This document shows, one piece after another, positions 8,801 through 16,782 of a DNA stretch of 57,188 nt. Source of the DNA: a virus; the IMG/VR virus record IMGVR_UViG_3300050029_000117, positions 1 to 57,188 of that record; one strand, 5' to 3'. Within the stretch, counting starts at the first letter, position 1; each line of letters starts with the position of its first letter. The notes below the pieces were generated by a model. It did no database searches. It was not told the origin of the DNA and was given only the letters and a program-made list of their open reading frames with translations. A program made the position numbers and the translations under genes.

Positions 8801-9409
8801 GCCTCGGGTGGCCGCCTTGGCGCCGGACCGTAGGGCGTTGAGTGATGGTTTGATAGCCATAATCCCAGCTATGTCGCCGCCTATGTCTACCGCGTCCCTC
8901 ACCAATCCGGTATTACCGGTTACGTCCTCAAATTTATTAGTAGCGTCACCGAGATCATTACCCATATACCCCATAAGACGGGACTGGCCGAGTACCGGTT
9001 TAAACGCCCCAGCTTCGGACGCCTCTCGACCAGCGGCCCATGCCTCTTTTACTGGACGACCCGCCGATAACGCACCGGCAAATGCTCCTGTACGGTTTGC
9101 CAGCTTATTAACGCCCTGCACACCCTGTGTAAGCGCACCTTCTGCGATACGCGGTACTTCCATCAGCTCATTGGAAAGTCGGTCACCCACCTGACTCCAA
9201 AATCCAGGTTGTGCCTTGACGGCAGCCACACCAGCCTTGTTGGCTTTGGACCACTTGCCCTCATTGGCTGTCGGTGTGGCTACAGCGGGCTTACCACCGC
9301 CAGTAGATTGCAGATACTGGAGCGTCTTGGTACTGACCTTACCCAAATTGCCCGCCTGCATAGCTTCCAGATCCGGGGTCGGTATTTTGCTGTAATCCAC
9401 ATCGGCCAT
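5816..9409 (-). CDS. 1197-aa large internal virion / DNA-ejection protein (putative)
   Basis: Largest gene, last of three consecutive large or low-complexity genes after the tail hub, matching the position of ejection or core proteins in P22/T7-like podoviruses. No catalytic motif recognised. Confidence 0.45.
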   Translation of the reverse strand: MADVDYSKIPTPDLEAMQAGNLGKVSTKTLQYLQSTGGGKPAVATPTANEGKWSKANKAGVAAVKAQPGFWSQVGDRLSNELMEVPRIAEGALTQGVQGVNKLANRTGAFAGALSAGRPVKEAWAAGREASEAGAFKPVLGQSRLMGYMGNDLGDATNKFEDVTGNTGLVRDAVDIGGDIAGIMAIKPSLNALRSGAKAATRGVAERGLPLSTKRAKLTAAQEYTATANPLSSRAAKVHAHNRAESESLQNTLGSTKKEGQRPQFPTASLEGNKGLADFTKNEANDNPSFAGRLVKQEDELIGLAAGQAKMVAPAKVPDIRNRIAAIAAEKRGTLNVATGKLAGETTRLEQAPGPQAVGDTLVDVVAAKRKPLNTQKKAAFNDVEKLGYEMEWPAAESAYKRIAADTTIDDVAKSTLTSKFKAILNNERTTSGYEAAYKSINRDLYSKNVDPTIAHYLGEMKSALIEDAEAMGKAAETGDVMLAPPAAPGGKLRAVRPSQIKAEIAEAEKQLAKEQAAPPPLKEQNAHLAKYLAGKGETIMQNTGITDAQYAKSLADRLTYLKGKGGGADYQPPTVATANPQLVTSLQEGIAQRQQQLADLKPAEDFSAAYKKANSLARLEKERYGTGAMEDIFKRGNQSDGTRLPTEKLPAKYTTPTGADDLIRSLSETTERDAKGRLLPDEVGRKAAADVMRDHYNRELSSLVDSKPHKIADWIANNKETLTKYDLRDEFGSTQKIRESVALAQADVDAFNKSVVGQIMDLPPSEIVPAILKIRNKVQAVRDLKAFGADDPAYVKGVKGLFRDYMYDELAKSGVDDSLGRPKLSYAKANELRLKLKDVLPEIFDKPELAKLHRFYRTLKKISQSRNARGYGSGSNTRENATGNIQARLGYQVARDGARLVEMGGAVNTSAGIVSTLIKAGTKFQLSRIKEFIMDAMLDGRKADALTAVLEGDHSAHTVNYLKAQFEGYMKQATKRGAAGQAANAAAPAAPPDDQQQAADKWESVGTPDPEPAPPAEDTPDWHHGSTYGEWKAGQLEGRENGGPVVPGQQYKVGEKQPETLVNADGTQQIIGQTGQQILTPTQPGTVLPTAKAASVDKTNWSKRADGSDKGNGWLGLMNRPDGKVSSEISIGVNLGGKEVEIPTMVPTLDKNEVNYLLQNPVGPEMFKTTMGRKIMQKAVDHARRRMSGGLSPFAN

Positions 9410-9412
9410 GGG

Positions 9413-11356
9413 CTATTTTCCTTTGCGGCGTGCGAGTTCCGCCGCTATGGCGTCTTGTGTGACTCCTGCTGGTAACGTGTCGGCGGGTGTCTGATCCCCA
9501 CCCTGAACTCGTTTGTACACGTCCTGTATCCGACCTTCAATTTTTCTGAGTTGTTTGTTGTAACTTTGGGGTGAATTATTAATTTCGGTTTGTGCTTGTT
9601 TTATCTTGGCCTCCAGCACTTCCCAGCTATCGAATTTGCTCATTATCTGCTCGGCTGACATCTGAGCACCCACTGACAATTCCGCGACCGACCGGGCAGC
9701 ACCAGTTGTGACTTTCATATACTCTTTCTGGAATGCTTGAAGCGCGACCTCAAACTGGCCGTATTCTTTGCTGGACATATTCTTTTTCGCCCAGTTTACA
9801 AAATGGTTGGGGCCAGGGTAACTGGAGCGTCTGTAATTCGCACTGGCGGTACGCAATGCTTCTGCATTTTTTTCAGACTGACCGACCGCTTGAGCAACCG
9901 CATCGGATGCTGTTTTTAAGCTTATCAAAGATTTGGTGTCCGCTTTTAACTGCTTGGACCCCGCCATTACCTGATCGGGCGTAAGACCCCATTCGCCTAT
10001 CCGCAACGCGAAAGCATTGAGCATGGCCTCCTGCTTGTCGATATTCCCCCGGTACTTGCCGAAAGTCTGCCAGTTAGGGTTATCAAGCATCTTAGTAAAT
10101 TCCATATCCAAAGCGCCCTTGTTAAGCCCGATATACTTCTGGAGCTGCGGCAGGGTATAGTCGGCGGTTTTACCTTTACCGGCCGCACCGGTTTTACGCG
10201 CGTCCGATTTACTCTTAAACTCGTCGCGGATAATGTATGTGTCCCTCGTTTTTTCCTTCTTTAAGTCCTTTAGCCCCTCCAATACCTCTGTATCGGTCGG
10301 TACCCTACCGAGCGTCTCTTTAAGTGATCCTTTGACAAGCTGCTCGTCAGATTTAGTTTTTTCGATAGCGCCACCCGTGCTAATCTCCGCTGCATTGGTA
10401 ATATTTTTATCTTTCCCGCTAAGTTTCCACGACATCCCAGGTGTAGGGTACACTCCTTCTGGTATGTGTGGCTTCAATTTCTCATAGGCGGCGTCATACC
10501 CAGCCTTGTCAGTCTTCGGGTCTGGGATTCTCAACTCTACCTCAAAAGCATTGTTCGGCCCCGGTAAAAACCCCTTATTCTTGATGGCGTCCAGCGTCGT
10601 GTCGGCGTTGCGTTGCGCCACGGGGTTGTTGGCAAGGGCTTTTTTGCCCTCTTCCAGAAACTTGATCATCTCGGTTTTACGCTTCTTCTCGTCTGGTATG
10701 TTGAGTATCTGTTCTTTACGCTCGGCGTTCAGCGCACCGTACTCACCGACCTGCTTGGTGTAGACCACTTCCTGCTGCTGCTTGAGCTTCTGCGTGTCGG
10801 CATCCAGAGCCATAGCCGCTTGGACCGCCTGCTTGTTGCCGATCATATTATTGTCAGAGAGATACTTCTGGAGCCACTGAGTCGTAGGGCGGCCAGGCAC
10901 CTTAATCTCGTACTTATCGTCGGTGTAGCTCGGCGTGGTATCAGCGGGTGCGGTGCTGGGTGACTTCTCAGACTCGTACGCCTTTAAAAACATACCGGGG
11001 TCAGCGGCGGGCTGCTGGTCGGGCATACCTGATAGCGGGTTGGCCGGCAACGGTTGAGCCTGTGGATTGAGCGGTCCCTGCTGAGGTGTGGCGGCAAGTG
11101 GGTTGGCTGCGGGCTGTGCTGGCGCAGCGGGTGCTTGACCCTGACCGCTGGACAACCAGTTACCCGCCAGCATGTTCTGCGCCTGCTGCTCCACCTGGTC
11201 CTGCATCTGCTGGAGCGCGGACGTGCGGCGGTTGTCGCGCAACCGATCACCCATAGCGAGGACGTTCATCACCTCGCCGGCGGTAACGGGTGGTGTCTGC
11301 TGCATCGGCTGGAGAGGTGTTACGGGTACTTCATACGCTCCGGGGAGTGCCATCAC
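9413..11356 (-). CDS. 647-aa internal virion / ejection protein (putative), with a Pro/Gln/Ala-rich N-terminus
   Basis: Called from position and composition only. Confidence 0.4.
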   Translation of the reverse strand: MMALPGAYEVPVTPLQPMQQTPPVTAGEVMNVLAMGDRLRDNRRTSALQQMQDQVEQQAQNMLAGNWLSSGQGQAPAAPAQPAANPLAATPQQGPLNPQAQPLPANPLSGMPDQQPAADPGMFLKAYESEKSPSTAPADTTPSYTDDKYEIKVPGRPTTQWLQKYLSDNNMIGNKQAVQAAMALDADTQKLKQQQEVVYTKQVGEYGALNAERKEQILNIPDEKKRKTEMIKFLEEGKKALANNPVAQRNADTTLDAIKNKGFLPGPNNAFEVELRIPDPKTDKAGYDAAYEKLKPHIPEGVYPTPGMSWKLSGKDKNITNAAEISTGGAIEKTKSDEQLVKGSLKETLGRVPTDTEVLEGLKDLKKEKTRDTYIIRDEFKSKSDARKTGAAGKGKTADYTLPQLQKYIGLNKGALDMEFTKMLDNPNWQTFGKYRGNIDKQEAMLNAFALRIGEWGLTPDQVMAGSKQLKADTKSLISLKTASDAVAQAVGQSEKNAEALRTASANYRRSSYPGPNHFVNWAKKNMSSKEYGQFEVALQAFQKEYMKVTTGAARSVAELSVGAQMSAEQIMSKFDSWEVLEAKIKQAQTEINNSPQSYNKQLRKIEGRIQDVYKRVQGGDQTPADTLPAGVTQDAIAAELARRKGK

Positions 11357-12213
11357 CGACCTCCTGTTTGAAACGGGCCTACAGCTGCGGGGTCAGAATA
11401 CGTGTAGTTATAACCGCCCGTACCGTACGGGTTGTACGTTTGACCGTTCTGTGCGGCGGTTAGCAGATTCTGCTGGTTCTGGTAATTCTGGTAATTTTGC
11501 ACACCGCTCGTAAGAGCGTTACCGGCAATGTTACCGATATTATTCATTGAGGCTGACCGGGCATTACCAGCGGCTATCTGTGTACCCGCGATATTATTGG
11601 CGGCGTCGGTCCCTATTGTGGTCACATTATTAGTCATATTCTGGCCCGCTTGCCCTATTTGGCTCGCCGCTATCTGACCCGTGCCCGCCAGACCCGACAA
11701 CCTATTAAAGTCCGTATTCTGGGCGTTGAGGTTCGCGTTGTACGATGTGAGATTATTTTGGAATCCCTGCTGGTAGTACGTTTCGGCGTTGTTGCCCGCG
11801 AGAGCCTGGAGCGCCACCATCTGATTACCACTGCCGAGAGACCCACCACTTGCCGCCCCCGCCCGATTACTGGCGAGGATGTTGTTCTGCTGGGTCATCA
11901 TATTTTGGTACAACGGATCTTTCTTAAAAGCGGCCATGTCATAGTTTAGCGGGGTGGGCGTAGAGGCAAACCGTCCGCCTGGTTGCATACCTGTAGACAA
12001 CTGGTTTACGGCGTCCGTACCCGCTTTGAGCCACGGTGCCTGGTCCGCTCTCTGCTGGAGAAATTCGTTCCATTGGACCTGCGTGGCGGCATCTGCCGCA
12101 CTGGCCGTTGTTTGGGCCGCTGACTTTTGAGCGTCTGCCGCATTACTTGACGACGCATACGACACACCCGCTGAGATTGCCGCCCCCGCTACTACCGCAA
12201 CTGCTATCCACAT
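11353..12213 (-). CDS. 286-aa Gly/Ala/Asn/Gln-rich protein with an N-terminal TM segment (ejection-protein candidate)
   Basis: MWIAVAVVAGAAISAGVSYA hydrophobic start and low-complexity GANQ-rich body. ATGA overlap downstream and a 10-nt overlap with the radical SAM gene. Confidence 0.4.
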   Translation of the reverse strand: MWIAVAVVAGAAISAGVSYASSSNAADAQKSAAQTTASAADAATQVQWNEFLQQRADQAPWLKAGTDAVNQLSTGMQPGGRFASTPTPLNYDMAAFKKDPLYQNMMTQQNNILASNRAGAASGGSLGSGNQMVALQALAGNNAETYYQQGFQNNLTSYNANLNAQNTDFNRLSGLAGTGQIAASQIGQAGQNMTNNVTTIGTDAANNIAGTQIAAGNARSASMNNIGNIAGNALTSGVQNYQNYQNQQNLLTAAQNGQTYNPYGTGGYNYTYSDPAAVGPFQTGGR

Positions 12214-13244
12214 GACGCACCTCCTTGGTGCAGCTTGAATCCGTCCTTATACCCTTTCATAATTCCTTCGTTGATAATCTGGCAGATCGGCACTGGATAG
12301 CACCGGCCATCCATAGCCAACATAAATACAGGGCGCGACGCTTGGTGGTAGTCCAAATTATCTACCGTAGGCGCCGAGCTGAGAGATACCTGCGTACCCC
12401 CGTCCAACTCCAGGTAGAGACAATACATATTGGACCGCTCCACCGCCAGAGACATCCGGGGGTGGAGGTCTGCAAATTTGGCGATGAATGCTTTATGAAG
12501 ATCGGAAAGATACAACTGGTTGGTGTCACCCTTATTACCCCAATTTTTGAACATGGTGCGTATTCTCAGCATGGGGTAATACTTCTTGGTCACATCAAAC
12601 CACTCTCTGATGTAATCCAGCTCGTCGAGTGTCTGAATGGAAAACATAGAACACATGGCGTGCTTTCCTGATTTCTCCATGTTCTCCAGCGCGTGTATCT
12701 TGGCAGCAAATACGTCCGGCCCGTAATTCTTGGGGTGCTGCATGGACATGGCAAGGCGCAGCACATTGCCCTGACATAGCGGTGAGTCGAGTAACCGACT
12801 AAAAAACTCGTCGTCGGCTAGTCTGATCATGTTGGTGATCGCATTGATGCCCCAGCCGTGATCTGCCGCTTCTTGGGTAAACTCAAAAAAGTCTGGGCGT
12901 AGTGTAGGCTCTCCGCCCGACATAAGCAGATTAAACCCACCGTAGGGAGACAGCACGTTGTTGTAGTACGAGAACGGGTGCATCGGCTCCGCACCCATCG
13001 GGTAGTAACACCAAGAGCACTTCATGTTGCATTGGTCGTGGGTGTGGATGATAATTGTGTTATTGTTCCCGAGCGTCCCTAGCGAATAGAAATTGCTTAC
13101 ATGTTGGATGTCTTTCTCTACCACAGCACTGAACGGTCCATGCTCCGGGCATTCCTTGGTCATCACAACCATGCCGTTCTGGAATATTATCGCCGCTTCA
13201 ACTTTCCGGTAGCAGACCGGGCATAGCGAGAGTGTCTTTATCAT
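12204..13244 (-). CDS. radical SAM enzyme with an N-terminal zinc-ribbon-like module
   Basis: CNMKCSWCYY gives a CX3CX2C cluster. The N-terminus is MIKTLSLCPVCYRKVEAAIIFQNGMVVMTKECPEHGPF. ATG 13244 forms an ATGA overlap with the upstream stop, so the longer ORF-track N-terminus is rejected. Confidence 0.7.
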   Translation of the reverse strand: MIKTLSLCPVCYRKVEAAIIFQNGMVVMTKECPEHGPFSAVVEKDIQHVSNFYSLGTLGNNNTIIIHTHDQCNMKCSWCYYPMGAEPMHPFSYYNNVLSPYGGFNLLMSGGEPTLRPDFFEFTQEAADHGWGINAITNMIRLADDEFFSRLLDSPLCQGNVLRLAMSMQHPKNYGPDVFAAKIHALENMEKSGKHAMCSMFSIQTLDELDYIREWFDVTKKYYPMLRIRTMFKNWGNKGDTNQLYLSDLHKAFIAKFADLHPRMSLAVERSNMYCLYLELDGGTQVSLSSAPTVDNLDYHQASRPVFMLAMDGRCYPVPICQIINEGIMKGYKDGFKLHQGGASCG

Positions 13245-13612
13245 AACGTAGCAACCTTCCCGGACACGCTGGCCCGCACCACACCCGCCACACTGGCGGT
13301 CAATTGTAACGTGTACCCAGTCAGCAGCACCTCGGCCATAGCCAGTGGTAAGTACTGGCCTGCAGTCAGCAGCTGGTCGCATACATGCGTTGCCACTCCA
13401 GCCACTCCACCAGGCGGTATAGCGTGGATGGTGGCCGTACGGCTGGACCCGTCGGTATTAAACAGACTTACCCATTCCACGCGAGTAATGGCCTGCGCCT
13501 TATACTGAGGCGTTGCGGGCGCTGCGCTGGGGAGTGCCACACCGGGTATCAGTAGGGCATCCGTGGTGGGGTCGATATTTTTAATAGTCTGTACTTGCCC
13601 CGGACCGCTCAT
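13241..13612 (-). CDS. 123-aa virion-associated hypothetical protein
   Basis: ATGA-coupled at both ends (13609-13612 and 13241-13244). No motif recognised. Confidence 0.4.
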   Translation of the reverse strand: MSGPGQVQTIKNIDPTTDALLIPGVALPSAAPATPQYKAQAITRVEWVSLFNTDGSSRTATIHAIPPGGVAGVATHVCDQLLTAGQYLPLAMAEVLLTGYTLQLTASVAGVVRASVSGKVATL

Positions 13613-15393
13613 CTCTCCACCTCGGCGTAACCACCTAGTAATACTACACGGGTGGGATCTGACCCCCGCAGTTGCCACACCTTATCACGGGCCGCACCCA
13701 ATTTCCAGAAAACAATACGACCCGTAGCATCCTTGACCCGCTCGCTGCCGTAGGTGTGCCCACCATCCGTGGAGTATGATAGACCTAGCTGTGGTTTGGA
13801 CGCAGTATCTGTCAGTACTACGGAGGCGGGGGGTGGCAATGGAAACCCCGGAGGGGGTAGCTCCGGTCTGCCTATGGGTGTATACCCCCTGTTCAGTAAA
13901 GAGCTGTTGGTGGGGTCAACAAATACCACTTGAGGCGGCTGCGTGTAGCCCGTCCCGCCCGCTGTCAAGGTAACCGACTGGATGCTACCCAGACCCGCCA
14001 CTGCTGTAGCGGTTGCACCGGACCCGTTGCCGTCGGTTGTAACTATGACCACTTGCGGGTCCATAACATAATCATACCCAGGGTTGGTAATGGTGATACT
14101 TGCAACAGCATCGCCAGACAGAGTAGCTACCCCAGCCGCTACGCCCGGTACGGTGGTAATATCCGCATCGATCTCCAGCCTATTGACGAACAGACGATCC
14201 AGATCGTCATTGTCGAATAGGTGGTTGGTTCTCCGTAGCCACACTATCGGGTTTCCCACCTCAGTCAATCGCTCCTGGCTCATATGGTAGATATTGCCCG
14301 ACTGGTAATCACCGACCAGGTGCATGTTGTTAAAATAACAATACGAGTTGCTGAGATGCCGGTTTATCGCGTACGGGTTGTCCACATACGAGCTGCGGTC
14401 ATGCCACATCTGGGTGATCGTGTCGTAAACAAATGTCTCGTTATCGCCGGGGCTGGTAAACACGACAAATGTGTGACCACCCTCGCTGTAGCTGTAACCG
14501 AAAGCGTTTACTCGGTCCGTCCACTTACCCATCCGGTAGACATACGCCGGGGTGCCAATCCGCATCGGTGTGGCGCCGTTGAGCATGACAGGCCCGATAA
14601 ACTCCCCGCCGTTCTGCTTCCGCTCGGTGGCCAGCCAGAAAATACTACCCTCGCCCTGGCAGACTGACCCCGGTGACTCGGTACCCCACGGCACGACCGC
14701 ACCGGAGATCCGGCTGAACGGAAAACCGTTGATCGTTGGCGTGCCATTGTTCCCGTAGTACTCAGTGGTGTACTGCTTAATAAAAATGAGTTGTTCGGAA
14801 AAAGCGATTGGTACCTGTACGATGTCCGAGGCAGATTGCACGGGGGTAGTCGCCAGAGCGTTCCATGTCGTACCGTCGTATAGTTCCGAGGCTGAGGCGT
14901 TCATAGTACCGTTGGTGACGATGAAGTAACCATCGATGTACTCTACGTGGGAGGGAAACGTGGGAAATCCGGGGCTGGAGATGGTAACGAAGGTATTGGC
15001 TATCACATCATAGATGTACCCGGCCTGTCCGTCTACGATCATCAACTGGTTGCCGCCGATACCAGCGGACAAGATACCGTTATTTTTCATACTGACCTGC
15101 CCGAAGGAGGTCAGTAGCGCGCCGAGTTGCGCCGAGGCGGTGCCCGTAGCGTCAAGAGCGAACAGACCGTTGGCCGATACCACATAATTTTTACCGTTGA
15201 ACACGTGCTGACCGCGATTTGGCCCGACCCCCACGTTACCCCATTGGGAGCATCCTGGGGTCTTGACCAACGATATAACAGCCTTGCTGGTCGGATCTGC
15301 GTCCAGCTCGGGGTATAGGTTGACAGACCGACTCGCATTTACGTTGAGTGATCGGCCCTCCCCACTGCCGCCGAGTATTTGGAGCTTGGGCAT
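13609..15393 (-). CDS. tail hub / DNA-stabilisation protein (P22 gp10-like beta-propeller type) with a C-terminal extension
   Basis: N-terminal LNVNASRSVNLYPE...KTPG...RG...NGLFALD pattern, length, and position after the adaptor gene. The C-terminus carries two G-x-GY-x3-P-x-V-x-F/I motifs. Confidence 0.5.
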   Translation of the reverse strand: MPKLQILGGSGEGRSLNVNASRSVNLYPELDADPTSKAVISLVKTPGCSQWGNVGVGPNRGQHVFNGKNYVVSANGLFALDATGTASAQLGALLTSFGQVSMKNNGILSAGIGGNQLMIVDGQAGYIYDVIANTFVTISSPGFPTFPSHVEYIDGYFIVTNGTMNASASELYDGTTWNALATTPVQSASDIVQVPIAFSEQLIFIKQYTTEYYGNNGTPTINGFPFSRISGAVVPWGTESPGSVCQGEGSIFWLATERKQNGGEFIGPVMLNGATPMRIGTPAYVYRMGKWTDRVNAFGYSYSEGGHTFVVFTSPGDNETFVYDTITQMWHDRSSYVDNPYAINRHLSNSYCYFNNMHLVGDYQSGNIYHMSQERLTEVGNPIVWLRRTNHLFDNDDLDRLFVNRLEIDADITTVPGVAAGVATLSGDAVASITITNPGYDYVMDPQVVIVTTDGNGSGATATAVAGLGSIQSVTLTAGGTGYTQPPQVVFVDPTNSSLLNRGYTPIGRPELPPPGFPLPPPASVVLTDTASKPQLGLSYSTDGGHTYGSERVKDATGRIVFWKLGAARDKVWQLRGSDPTRVVLLGGYAEVER

Positions 15394-16133
15394 TACTGCA
15401 CCTCGTCGCCGACATAAATGTTAAATACGCTCCGCTTGCTGCCCGGTACGTCCAGCGGCACAAGACCCTGAACGGAGTTGAGCGTCATAATCGTGCTCAT
15501 GGACTCACGTGCCGCTTTCTTAATCTCCATCGGTATCGGCTGGGTGTGCTTGCGATACTCGTAATACTGCTCAATCGCCCCACAAAACTTGAGAGCCCGG
15601 AAATACTGAGGCTCCATCGTCAGGGTGTCAGTCGGGTTGACAAACTCGGTGAGCATCTTCTGCTGCGTGACAAACAGCGTGTAAGGGGTCGTGCCGTCCG
15701 GTATGACGTAAACCCAGATCGTACCAGTCTGCACCGCCTGCTGGGTAAGACCCGGATCGTACCAAAGGGCATCCGGTCGGCCTTGGGTAATCGACTTGTC
15801 GTCGCGGGCTTTGTACTGGTCCTCAGAATAGATACTCATGCCTGTATCCACACTCTGCCCGTCTCTGAGAAACGCCCCCGTAACTGTCATCGGTTTGGAC
15901 GTGTTGAAATTACCGCCCACCCCGATAGTGTAGCTGGCTTTACCGGCGACCAGCGGGAAACCCTCTTGCACCAACGCCCGGACCATCAGACGTTTGGCTG
16001 ACCAACTGTCCAGCATAATATTGTTGGCCTGGATAGCGTTGGTGATCATCATAGCATCAGCCGGTTCAACCGGATCAAGTACGCCGATCAGCCGCAGCTG
16101 GGCCTCAATAATATCCTGGACAGTTACGATCAT
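15393..16133 (-). CDS. head-to-tail adaptor (P22 gp4-like)
   Basis: The N-terminal IIEAQLRLIGVLDPVEPADAMMITNAIQANNIMLDSW pattern is typical of adaptor/tail accessory proteins. It lies upstream of the hub gene with a TAATG overlap. Confidence 0.5.
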   Translation of the reverse strand: MIVTVQDIIEAQLRLIGVLDPVEPADAMMITNAIQANNIMLDSWSAKRLMVRALVQEGFPLVAGKASYTIGVGGNFNTSKPMTVTGAFLRDGQSVDTGMSIYSEDQYKARDDKSITQGRPDALWYDPGLTQQAVQTGTIWVYVIPDGTTPYTLFVTQQKMLTEFVNPTDTLTMEPQYFRALKFCGAIEQYYEYRKHTQPIPMEIKKAARESMSTIMTLNSVQGLVPLDVPGSKRSVFNIYVGDEVQ

Positions 16134-16546
16134 TTAGTCGGCTCCGGTGCTTCAGGTGTGACAGCGGCGGGCTGCTTACCGGTCTTGGCGGTCGGCTCCA
16201 TTACAGCTTTTTGCAGCTTGGCCAGAATGGTACCATGCGCTTTAAGCAGCTCGGCGGTACGGTCGCCACCGGTACGCTCGTCCATATCCGCTACCAGTTT
16301 CTCCAGCAGCTCCACCCGTGCGGATAGCGCCACGATGTCGGACTGTTTGGCCTCACCGGCTGTCTCTTCGATCAGGGCCTTGGGGTCCGGTTTGGTCAGC
16401 GACCAACCATTTATAATGTGATAGTCCAGTTGCTCCTGACTACCCACCACATACTCAGCGCCCTGCGCGTTGTAGATGGTCGCCGGAAAGATCTGCCCAG
16501 TGCTGTCGTCGTACTCGTCCTCGATCAGATGATTCATTGTGGTCAC
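16130..16546 (-). CDS. 138-aa hypothetical head/neck protein
   Basis: ATGA overlap with the adaptor gene. Acidic N-terminus with a coiled-coil centre. Confidence 0.4.
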   Translation of the reverse strand: MTTMNHLIEDEYDDSTGQIFPATIYNAQGAEYVVGSQEQLDYHIINGWSLTKPDPKALIEETAGEAKQSDIVALSARVELLEKLVADMDERTGGDRTAELLKAHGTILAKLQKAVMEPTAKTGKQPAAVTPEAPEPTK

Positions 16547-16566
16547 ATTCCTTTCAGAGTGGGTTG

Positions 16567-16719
16567 TTACATACCCTTCATGTAATCTTTGACGGTCGGC
16601 TCGACCTTCTTTTTCTTCTTACCGCCTTTTTTCTTTCCGATTACAGCTTTTTCAGCGGCCAATGCACCCTTGGGGTGCTTAGTTTTGAGAAGGTTTTTGA
16701 TCTCTTTTTCGCCTTTCAT
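16567..16719 (-). CDS. 50-aa Lys-rich micro-protein (MKGEKEIKNLLKTKHPKG...KKKGGKKKKKVEPTVKDYMKGM)
   Basis: AAGGAG SD 8 nt upstream of ATG 16719, clean stop at 16567. Below the ORF-track cutoff. Confidence 0.45.
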   Translation of the reverse strand: MKGEKEIKNLLKTKHPKGALAAEKAVIGKKKGGKKKKKVEPTVKDYMKGM

Positions 16720-16782
16720 AGCAGACTCCTTATAATTATGAGTACGAGTGAGCTGCCCGCGAGTAGAGCGAACAGCGGGGAT

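Noticed and set aside
13245-13382. N-terminal 46-aa extension of the radical SAM ORF. Similar extensions appear on ORFs 24441..24776, 35247..35681, 42557..43252, 55416..56081, 36461..36937, 2031..2501 and 1435..2055.
   Set aside because: Internal ATG codons form ATGA/SD-supported coupled starts. The extensions overlap upstream genes in another frame and have biased, Arg-rich shadow composition.
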